Positions 45,101-51,798 of a stretch of 62,843 nt of DNA are shown here, in pieces. Below the pieces are notes generated by a model, which was not told where the DNA came from, made no database searches, and saw only the letters and a list, made by a program, of their open reading frames with translations. Each line of letters begins with the position of its first letter. Within the stretch, counting starts at the first letter, position 1. The DNA lies in NCBI GenBank assembly GCA_964543855.1, contig CAZJAD010000004.1, forward strand, positions 1 to 62,843, written 5' to 3'. A program made the translations under genes and the position numbers. The DNA is from an uncultured Alphaproteobacteria bacterium. Lineage in GTDB: Bacteria; Electryoneota; RPQS01; DYHQ01.

Positions 45101-47216
45101 CAGAGATGGCCGCCACATCTGGAGCCGCGAACTCGACCTCCCCATATCCTCCCGCCGAGCCGGAACTCGCCGTTATCGCCGCATTTCCCGTACGCCGTTC
45201 ACTTTGCAGTTCGGTGATGAAAATGCCTTCGGTGTTCGTATGTCCCTGCAGTGGGAACAAGCTCCCCAGAGTCGTCTGCACAGTGACATTCACACCGGCA
45301 CCAACCAGATTTCCAAAACTGTCTTTGACCCGAACCGTGATAGAAGTCGTGCTGACTCCATCCGCCGGAATGCTCTCCGCCTCCGGTTCAACGCTGATTT
45401 GAGCTGGTTCGCCGGCAAGATAAGTCACGAACTTCTGGTCAGCGACCACTCCTACGGATGCGGTTGCCGTGTCCACACCTGCCGTCGTGGCGCTCGTGAG
45501 AACGGCACTCGCATAGCCGTTGATTGTCGTCGTCGTGTAAACCGATTCCGTCGGGTTCCAACCCGGTTCGCCGGGATTGGATGATCTGCGAGAATCTGCC
45601 GTGGCGCCGTTGCCTGAAGTCAAGCCCCTTGGCCGCACCGGACCGCTCTGCCTCGCCGAATTCGTTGCCAAACGCGCGACGGAGATCTCCTCGGAATCCT
45701 CTCCCCTCACCCTCATCGCCCTTGCCCAGCCTGGCACGGATGCCGCCGGACCACCTTGGGCTCCCAGAACACCCATAATCGATGTAAAGGTGACAACGGT
45801 TCCATCCGAAACAGGCCGGCTCTCCGAATCCAGAACAAGGGCTGTCAGGGTGGCACTGCTGCTCCCATCCGCCGGGAGTTGCGTTGGCACAGCGGTCAGG
45901 GACACAGTGGCGGCCGGAGTGGACATCAGGTAGATGGATACGGAGCTTTCGACGCTGCCGTTCCACGCTCGCACCGCCGTCGGTCCCGCCGTCAAGCCAG
46001 CCTGATACACGACCATGACATACCCGTTGGCATCCACGGTCGCACTTGGCGTTATGGACCCACAATACGCTTCAAAACTTATCGGTGTCCCTTCCTGGAC
46101 CGCATTGCCGAATTCATCCGTCGCATAGACATGAATCTGTGTTGTACTGTAATTGTCAGCGTAGAGACTGTCGTCCTCGGGAATGAGCGCGATGCCAGCC
46201 AGCGGCCCTGGCACGATTTCGACATCGGTATAATCTGTCACGCCGGCACCGACATTCGCCGTCACACGAGCCACGCCAATCGAGGGAGGCGCATAGAGTC
46301 TCGTCACGGCCACGCCCGAGACGGTCCGCCCCTGAGATGAGCTCAGCGTGCCTCTGTCCGTGCTGAAAATAACGAGCGTGTTATCGACGACCGTCTGACC
46401 TTGCGCGTCGTAGACGACGGCACGAATCGTCGCGGAATCAAGACCTGCCGTTATCTGCGGAGGCAAAGCGTTCACAACGACAGAGGCCGCGGGATACGGT
46501 GCCACGAAGGCCACATCCAGCGAATCGGAGACCACACCGTAGGTGGCCTTGACTCGAGCGTTTCCCGGTGTTGCGCCGGAGTACAGGGTCGTCGCCGCGA
46601 CACCCGTAGCCGAATCGGTGATCGCCGGACTCCCAACAGTCCCCTGCGTCGTCGTGAAGGTCACCGATGCTCCCCCGATGGGATTGTTGGCTGAATTGCG
46701 TAATCGAGCATAAATCGCAACCGACGACTGCCCATTATCAGCAAACAGCGTGTCGGTGTCGGCCCAGAGGTATAGCTGTCCCTCGAGCGGCTGACCGGTG
46801 GCCGTAACGCTGACCGTGCGTGTAGCGATCTCTGACATGGCGAGCAGCTCGGCACGCAGCGTGACCGCTCCCGTATCTTCGGGTGCCACGTAGGTGACGG
46901 ATGCCCACCCGTCAGATGAGGTGTTCAGGATGGTGTCAGCATCTGCTCCGAGGAAATGACCCCGACTCGCGGTGAACCTGACAGACCGATCGCTCCCATT
47001 CTCACCGGATTCGGACAGCACATGAGCTTCGAAAGACAATTGGTCGCTGGGTGCCAGTGCCGATGTCGAAACTCGCACCGTGTCGAAGTAGAAAAGCTCT
47101 CCTTGCCCTGTCGAGGTTGGAGCAATCGTCCCTTTCTGTTCGCAACCCAGCCAGAATGCGAGGCTAGCCAAGGCGACAGTCAGAAATGCAATCCCTGTAG
47201 ATAACCGGCTATTCAT
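42168..47216 (-). CDS. giant surface adhesin with ~14 tandem bacterial Ig-like (Big_1/invasin-type) repeats
   Basis: About 1,680 aa with N-terminal signal MNSRLSTGIAFLTVALASLAFWLGC. Recurrent ~95-aa modules contain ..ADG.S...I.A.V.D..GNPV..G..V.F.TT.G.I......T...G.A...LTSG...G.A.V.A..G. ATG 47216 lies 9 nt after AAGGAG; GTG 47243 is the alternative start and overlaps the upstream stop. Confidence 0.85.
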   Translation of the reverse strand: MNSRLSTGIAFLTVALASLAFWLGCEQKGTIAPTSTGQGELFYFDTVRVSTSALAPSDQLSFEAHVLSESGENGSDRSVRFTASRGHFLGADADTILNTSSDGWASVTYVAPEDTGAVTLRAELLAMSEIATRTVSVTATGQPLEGQLYLWADTDTLFADNGQSSVAIYARLRNSANNPIGGASVTFTTTQGTVGSPAITDSATGVAATTLYSGATPGNARVKATYGVVSDSLDVAFVAPYPAASVVVNALPPQITAGLDSATIRAVVYDAQGQTVVDNTLVIFSTDRGTLSSSQGRTVSGVAVTRLYAPPSIGVARVTANVGAGVTDYTDVEIVPGPLAGIALIPEDDSLYADNYSTTQIHVYATDEFGNAVQEGTPISFEAYCGSITPSATVDANGYVMVVYQAGLTAGPTAVRAWNGSVESSVSIYLMSTPAATVSLTAVPTQLPADGSSSATLTALVLDSESRPVSDGTVVTFTSIMGVLGAQGGPAASVPGWARAMRVRGEDSEEISVARLATNSARQSGPVRPRGLTSGNGATADSRRSSNPGEPGWNPTESVYTTTTINGYASAVLTSATTAGVDTATASVGVVADQKFVTYLAGEPAQISVEPEAESIPADGVSTTSITVRVKDSFGNLVGAGVNVTVQTTLGSLFPLQGHTNTEGIFITELQSERRTGNAAITASSGSAGGYGEVEFAAPDVAAISVQAESTSLLADGMATTALEAYVVDESAVPVFGAQVTWQVGSGIGTVYPTQSVTDSSGIALATFRSGASSADETQQVTAATGGLSDDVTIHMRGITITVTAQNQILPADGEATTQVRAQVTETSSHVALADVTVIFATTLGSIPQSGQTNTSGMASVSLTSGVTVGLASVTAQYGDTLRAMTQVSMISTQGDVIALYSESPTLLGNGVSTTQLQAYVVDEGGWPTAGEEVTFTVLSGVGTVTPSVVSTGVDGYAYATFRSSAINQDVETQIEALIERGTSEATVSVLGVTLVCSASPGMIVADGHSTSSIQAQLYETTSTVAIGEAVVYFGTSLGSIPNMAMTNSSGIATVTLTSGTTTGNARVIARYGNTLRDTVEVGFAESTPTYLYLSANPTIILADNSSTSIITVVVTDQGGNPVPNGTQIQFSLVPNSGSIENLRTTTGGAATNVLTSGADPDTVMVLAWAAANPSARDSVQVIYRVGPPAVVQLAAQSDTLKADGISVDTIYATVTDAVGHLLSNVEVQFQTTIGNIPQSRTTNGDGVARVAFSSPTTGIATITASAGTGSDNYTIYLVPGCPWSVEMEYYPHSVGVRESGRNETLLITATVKDASNNPVVDGTLVWFDIYSQPITHPDSMGSLSSEDSIPTINGQASVSYTSGYRSGTVRIRARSHGTCEGNSYNVSAITTEILIYAGPPYIEDIYNPDGCGYFNTSHIKVASEPCDLMGWSAVGDSVRITAIVGDRWNNPVTEGTAVYFTTSGGVIATATGFTDADGFASVLLFGGNPMPTLDRWWNTLEDPNLGGQINCWGAPDRDGIAKVLVTTEGETQNNQSAIVWATCWVRFTAPYDYIQILQATVNGDPNERTLYIGQNALVTFELWEGGNHWPIDSESIVRLSANAGLTYPNVFTVECPGDTIYTISFFNNLTTQDDATATPVLIEVESKNGDLWAFTETFLLLPQMPPEESPVDPPAVGRVDR
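42744..47066 (-). repeat. tandem Ig-like domain-coding repeat array within the adhesin gene
   Basis: About 14 repeat cores were counted by eye, for example VTFTTTQGTVGSPAITDSATGVAATTLYSG, VIFATTLGSIPQSGQTNTSGMASVSLTSG, VYFGTSLGSIPNMAMTNSSGIATVTLTSG and VQFQTTIGNIPQSRTTNGDGVARVAFSS. Confidence 0.7.
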
Positions 47217-47239
47217 GGCGCGACTCTCCTTCACCAATG

Positions 47240-48610
47240 TCACCCGTTCATCTCCTTGAGTTTGTAGAGCAAGGAGCGGTGGGAGATCTCGAGCAGTTTC
47301 GCTGCACGAGTTCGGTTGTTGCTGGTCCGTTCAAGAGCCCGGCGAATAAGTTCCCGCTCTACTCCGGAAACGAGGGTTTTCAAAGTCCTCTTGATCGAAA
47401 GGCAATCCTCGGGGATATAGACATGGAACTCTTCGGCGGCTCGCTTGAGCTCCGGTGGCAACAGCTGCACGGTGATGGTGTTCGAATCCGACAGAACGAC
47501 CGCGCGCTCCACGATGTTTTCAAGTTCGCGGACATTGCCAGGCCACGAGTATTGCACGAGAAGTTGCATCGCATCAGGTTTCACATCTATCACACCGCGT
47601 TCTTTGGCATATTTGCGCAAGAAGTGATGGATCAGCAGCGGAATATCATCCGACCGCTCCCGCAACGGAGGCAGCATGATGGGAATGATATTCAGGCGGT
47701 AGAACAAATCTTCTCGAAATCGCCCATCGCGTACATCCCGCAAGAGATCGCGGGACGTCGCTGCGATGATCCGCACATCAATGGCAATTTCCGAAGTATC
47801 TCCGACTCGCCGAATCGCATGCTCCTGCAAGGCCCGCAAGAGCTTCACCTGGAGGCGAAGAGGAAGTTCACCGATTTCATCGAGGAAAATCGTTCCCCCG
47901 TCCGCCTCTTCGAAGAGTCCCTTTTTGGTTCGCACGGCGCCCGTGAACGATCCTTTAGCATGACCGAACAGCTCCGACTCCAGGAGTGTTTCGGGAATTG
48001 CTCCGCAGTTGATGGTGACGAAGGCGCGTTCCGAGATCGGACTGTGGAGATGGATGGCTTTCGCGATCATCTCCTTGCCGGTTCCCGACTCGCCGTTGAT
48101 GAGCACCGTGCTCTTGAATGGAGCGATACGCTCGACCTTCCCAAACACCTCGCGCATCACCCTCGATTTGCCGACAATATTCTCGAAAGTGTATTTTCGA
48201 TTGATTTCAGCACGCAGCCGCGTGTTTTCCCGCTTGAGCCGACGCTGTTCCAATGCCTTCATGACGGTGAGGTTCAGCGTGTCGGGATTCAGAGTCTCCT
48301 TCGTGATATAATCAAACGCTCCGCTCTTGATCGCCTCGACGGCTGATTGAACCAATCCATACGCCGTCATCATGACAATCTGGGTCTCCGGGGCCAAATC
48401 TTTGAACTGCCGGAGGATATCCAGGCCATCCATGCCCGGAAGCCGCAGGTCAAGGAGAACAAGGTCAAACTCTTCGTCCGTGAATAACTCGAGAGCGGCC
48501 TGCCCGTTCGGGGCGGCGCGCACCGAAAATCCTCGTTCTTCAAGCTGAGCGGTCAGATAATCGGAGTATTCACTTTCGTCTTCGACGACCAGAATTCTGT
48601 CTTTGGGCAT
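47240..48610 (-). CDS. sigma-54-dependent response regulator (NtrC/PilR family), copy 1
   Basis: 456 aa. REC domain (ILVVEDE, LVLLDLRLPGMDG), AAA+ domain (GESGTGKE, ESELFGHAKGSFTGA, a GAFTGA-type loop) and C-terminal Fis-type HTH (NRTRAAKLLEISHRSLLYKLKE). Confidence 0.9.
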   Translation of the reverse strand: MPKDRILVVEDESEYSDYLTAQLEERGFSVRAAPNGQAALELFTDEEFDLVLLDLRLPGMDGLDILRQFKDLAPETQIVMMTAYGLVQSAVEAIKSGAFDYITKETLNPDTLNLTVMKALEQRRLKRENTRLRAEINRKYTFENIVGKSRVMREVFGKVERIAPFKSTVLINGESGTGKEMIAKAIHLHSPISERAFVTINCGAIPETLLESELFGHAKGSFTGAVRTKKGLFEEADGGTIFLDEIGELPLRLQVKLLRALQEHAIRRVGDTSEIAIDVRIIAATSRDLLRDVRDGRFREDLFYRLNIIPIMLPPLRERSDDIPLLIHHFLRKYAKERGVIDVKPDAMQLLVQYSWPGNVRELENIVERAVVLSDSNTITVQLLPPELKRAAEEFHVYIPEDCLSIKRTLKTLVSGVERELIRRALERTSNNRTRAAKLLEISHRSLLYKLKEMNG

Positions 48611-48666
48611 GAGCCGAATTGCGAATGGGATGTTTCTATCACGATGGTATGGTCAAATCCCTTTAT

Positions 48667-48682
48667 TGCAAGGGTCGTGCCA
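48667..48682 (-). promoter_or_regulatory. sigma-54 (-24/-12) promoter upstream of activator copy 1 and the adhesin/minor-pilin operon
   Basis: The minus strand reads TGGCACGACCCTTGCA, an exact match to TGGCAC-N5-TTGCA. The -12 GC is about 57 nt upstream of ATG 48610. Confidence 0.7.
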
Positions 48683-48905
48683 CCCCCACTCACTCAGCAT
48701 TTGTTTTAGACTGCGCAAGGAGTTGCAGCCGACTCACGCCTCCATTTCCTCACTATCCTGCAACTTCGTTCATACCGGTGGGCGCAATTTTCCTCAGGGA
48801 GCCAAAGATGAGGTGGCACGGGCATCCATGCGTAAGGGAAGACGCTCGCAACAAGGTCGAAGGAGTCGCACATACGATGGCTTAGCCTATAGCAATTCGA
48901 TTGGA

Positions 48906-48936
48906 GAAAAAAACGAACCCACGCGAGTGGGTTCGT
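48906..48936 (-). terminator. Rho-independent terminator after pilA
   Basis: The minus strand reads ACGAACCCAC-TCGC-GTGGGTTCGT followed by TTTTTTT. Confidence 0.8.
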
Positions 48937-49001
48937 ATCGTGCCTGCAACAAGGGCCAAATTCGATTTGCCCGAGTGCGGCGCAAAAAGTTGCTTGCTGC
49001 T

Positions 49002-49424
49002 TTACTGTACGCCGTCCGGTGTCCCGGTAAGGACTGTCCCGGCGTTGTCAAGAGCCGTAACCTGAACGGTGTAAGTGGTCGGCACGGCAGCTCCGTTATA
49101 AGTGTAGGTGAAGCTCCCAGCCGCGAAGTTGCCTCCCGACGGCAGAGTCATGTACGGGTTGCCGTTCGGATCCACGAGAACCGTGGGAGCAGTTGCGAGG
49201 GTCATGGCCGCTGGGTAGTCCGCCCAGTCAATTTCGTACATTGCCAGCCCTTGGCGGAACTGGTCAAGGTCCGAACGAGCCGCTCCGACCCGGGCGCGGT
49301 CCTGTGCCCCGATAAACCGTGGCACCGCCACCGCCGCGAGAATACCGATGATCACGATAACGACCAAGAGCTCGATCAGGGTAAACCCGCGCTGATTCTT
49401 CTTGTTGCGCAAACGCTTGAACAT
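49002..49424 (-). CDS. pilA: type IV major pilin PilA
   Basis: Leader MFKRLRNKKNQRG then FTLIELLVVIVIIGILAAVAVPRF (class III signal, Glu at +5). About 140 aa. ATG 49424 lies 7 nt after GGAGG. Flanked by its own sigma-54 promoter and a strong terminator. Confidence 0.9.
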   Translation of the reverse strand: MFKRLRNKKNQRGFTLIELLVVIVIIGILAAVAVPRFIGAQDRARVGAARSDLDQFRQGLAMYEIDWADYPAAMTLATAPTVLVDPNGNPYMTLPSGGNFAAGSFTYTYNGAAVPTTYTVQVTALDNAGTVLTGTPDGVQ

Positions 49425-49486
49425 GATCACACCTCCAATAAAGGTTTAATGACCGCTTTTGACCTCGTCTTTCGCGAGATTGTTAG

Positions 49487-49502
49487 GGCAAGCCTCGTGC
49501 CA
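49487..49502 (-). promoter_or_regulatory. sigma-54 (-24/-12) promoter of pilA
   Basis: The minus strand reads TGGCACGAGGCTTGCC (TGGCAC-N5-TTGC). The -12 GC is about 60 nt upstream of the pilA start. Confidence 0.7.
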
Positions 49503-49649
49503 AGCTATCGGTCCCATGGTTTACCCTTTGGATTTCAGATATTTGCCGACGCCTCTTCGATTCGATACGCTGCATACAGCTTCCAAAACGGTGGCAAGAT
49601 GCAAACACCGTTGCAAACCGCAACCTCGTGCATTTCTGCTCACAGGTAA

Positions 49650-51104
49650 TCAGCTCTTGGTGGGCGGCTCTATCCCGTAACGCTGCAGTTTACGATAAAT
49701 TGTGGATGGATCAATCCCCAGAATCTCGGAGGCGCGCTTTTTTTGCCACCCCGTGTTTTCGAGCACCTGCAGGAGATGTTCCCGCTCCAACTCCTCCAAA
49801 GTCATTGGTGGGTCCGAAGCGCTCAGTCGGAAACTGCTGGTCTCAGACGCGTGAATCTTGCCCGGCAGCGTCTCCGGCGTCACCGTGTCCGACTCGGTCA
49901 AAATGACCGCGCGTTCAATCGTGTTCTCCAGTTCTCGGACATTCCCCGGCCAGGAGTAGGCCAGCAGAAGTTTCATCGCGTCCGGTGAAACACCTTTGAC
50001 CGGCAGTTCGTTGCGGCGACACACCCGCTCCATGAAGTGATTCACCAGTACCGGGATGTCCTCCTTTCGCTCCCGCAGCGACGCCAGTTGCACCGGGATA
50101 ACCGCCAGACGGTAGTAAAGGTCCGAGCGAAAGTCACCGCTTTTCTGTTTTTTCTCGATATCTGCGTTCGTGGCAGCAATGACTCGAACATCCACTTTGA
50201 CCGGCTTCGTCGCCCCGATTGGGAGAACTTCGCGCTCCTGCAAGGCGCGGAGCAGCTTGACCTGCAGTGTCGGACTCATCTCCGCGATCTCGTCCAAGAA
50301 AAGCGTCCCTTTTGAGGCGACCTTGAAAAGCCCCTCTTTGTCCCGCACCGCTCCGGTGAAACTCCCCCTCACATGTCCAAAGAGCTCACTCTCCAAGAGA
50401 GCATCTGGCAGTGCCCCACAGTTGACCGTCACGAAAGGGCCCTGGCTCCGCAACGAATTGGCGTGAATTGCCTGCGCGATCAATTCCTTGCCTGTCCCTG
50501 ACTCTCCAGTAATGAGGATCGTGGCGTCCGATGGCGCCACTCGCCGGACAAGATCCATGACCCGCTGCATCTGAGGCGATTTTCCGATGATCTCCAGGTT
50601 CTCCGGAGTCCGACCCAGTTGCTCACGCAAGGACTGGTTCTCCCGTCGCAGATGGAGCTGTTCGAACGCCTTGGCAACAATCAGCTTGATTTCGTCGACT
50701 TGGAAGGGCTTCACAATATAGTCTAACGAACCCAGGCGCAAAGCCTCGATGGCCGACTGAAGCGACGCAAAGGCCGTGATAACGATAACAGCAAGCTGGG
50801 GATACTTGCGACGAGTGATCTCGACCAGTTCCAACCCCGTCATCTCCGGCATCCGCAAGTCAGTGATGAGAAGAGCAAATGGCTCCTGAGCAAGAACTTC
50901 GAGTGCTTCCTTCCCGCTCGCGACAGCTCGCACGGTGTACCCCTCCTTGCCGAGCACAACCGTCAGGAACTCGCGCATGTTCTCTTCATCATCAACGACA
51001 AGAATGCGGTCAGGTCCCACAGCTCCTTCTCTCCTCCACGTGTCCGGTCGCTGCCTTGAACTCGTCCATCGATTCAAGTAATCTTTCCCTGCCACAGCAT
51101 CCAA
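49650..51104 (-). CDS. pilR: sigma-54-dependent response regulator (PilR-like), copy 2
   Basis: REC domain (ILVVDDEE, LLITDLRMPEMTG, DYIVKPF), AAA+ domain (GESGTGKE, ESELFGHVRGSFTGA) and HTH (KRASEILGIDPSTIYRKLQRYG). Lies directly upstream of pilA. In-frame GTG 51020, preceded by GGAGGAGAGAAGGAG, is a likely true start. Confidence 0.88.
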   Translation of the reverse strand: MDAVAGKDYLNRWTSSRQRPDTWRREGAVGPDRILVVDDEENMREFLTVVLGKEGYTVRAVASGKEALEVLAQEPFALLITDLRMPEMTGLELVEITRRKYPQLAVIVITAFASLQSAIEALRLGSLDYIVKPFQVDEIKLIVAKAFEQLHLRRENQSLREQLGRTPENLEIIGKSPQMQRVMDLVRRVAPSDATILITGESGTGKELIAQAIHANSLRSQGPFVTVNCGALPDALLESELFGHVRGSFTGAVRDKEGLFKVASKGTLFLDEIAEMSPTLQVKLLRALQEREVLPIGATKPVKVDVRVIAATNADIEKKQKSGDFRSDLYYRLAVIPVQLASLRERKEDIPVLVNHFMERVCRRNELPVKGVSPDAMKLLLAYSWPGNVRELENTIERAVILTESDTVTPETLPGKIHASETSSFRLSASDPPMTLEELEREHLLQVLENTGWQKKRASEILGIDPSTIYRKLQRYGIEPPTKS

Positions 51105-51360
51105 ATGACTTCAACTGACCCGTGTGACTGTCTTCATCTGTAGAGCAACACGAAGCGCCACGCTCCACTGATTCTCCAATCTTTTGCCCGTATATTCACG
51201 TTGAACATCAGCAATCCCATCTCGCCACCCATTCTCACACCAGCGCAACGGCGCGCATGCGGCCTCTCTCCTTATATATGGACAAACCACCGCGCTGCTT
51301 CCGGCCCGCCTTCAGGTCCAGAACATGCCGCGTGAGACATCCACACCCGACTGCCTCTGG

Positions 51361-51798
51361 CTATCCCTCGGCCGCTTCGTCGGGCACCGGCTGCCTCTTC
51401 CGGTTCCTGCGGATTTGTTCAAGCGCTTTGGCAACCGTGTGCTTGATCTCGTCAACCTGAAAGGGCTTGGTAATGTAATCCAAAGCCCCGAGACGCAAAG
51501 CCTCGATGGCCGACTCGAGCGAAGCAAATGCAGTAATGACGACGGCGGCAAGATGCTGATACTCCCTGCGTGCGGTTTCAATCAGCTCCAGACCCGTCAT
51601 TCCGGGCATCCACAAATCGGTAATGAGAAGGGCATAAGGCTCTTGGGCGAGAGCCTCCAGTGCTTCCTTTCCGCCGGAAACAGCCCGAACGGAATAGCCC
51701 TCTGTGCCAAGCACAACGGTCAGGAATTCGCGCATGCCCTCTTCGTCATCCACGATAAGAATGCGGTCAGGCTCCACAACTCCTCCTCTCTCCTCCAT
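51361..51798 (-). CDS. stand-alone receiver domain, paralog of the PilR-like receiver
   Basis: 145 aa. RILIVDDEEGMREFLTVVLGTEGYSVRAV...LLITDLWMPGMTGLEL...DYITKPFQVDEIK aligns almost residue-for-residue with the N-terminus of the 49650-51104 product. Confidence 0.85.
   Translation of the reverse strand: MEERGGVVEPDRILIVDDEEGMREFLTVVLGTEGYSVRAVSGGKEALEALAQEPYALLITDLWMPGMTGLELIETARREYQHLAAVVITAFASLESAIEALRLGALDYITKPFQVDEIKHTVAKALEQIRRNRKRQPVPDEAAEG

Noticed and set aside
45546-45755. Possible double frameshift or pseudogenisation in the adhesin
   Set aside because: The reading frame is continuous through the insert, normal repeat sequence resumes on both sides, and alternative frames give no better repeat-like translation. 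It is kept as a finding to be verified, not called a pseudogene.
47237-48346. 369-aa plus-strand ORF antisense to the sigma-54 activator
   Set aside because: The opposite strand carries complete REC, AAA+ and HTH motifs. This ORF has none.
48814-48829. Plus-strand TGGCAC
   Set aside because: No TTGC-type -12 element is present at the required spacing (it reads TCCA), and there is no plus-strand gene downstream.
48603-49649. 348-aa plus-strand ORF covering the pilA locus and its flanks
   Set aside because: It runs antisense through pilA, its terminator and both sigma-54 promoters. The composition is Arg/Ser-rich, and the pilin reading on the minus strand is far better supported.
51144-51160. 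Sigma-54-like element TGGCGCTTCGTGTTGCT on the minus strand upstream of the PilR-like gene
   Set aside because: The GG-to-GC spacing is one nucleotide too long and the -24 box deviates (TGGCGC). It does not meet the standard of the three reported sites.
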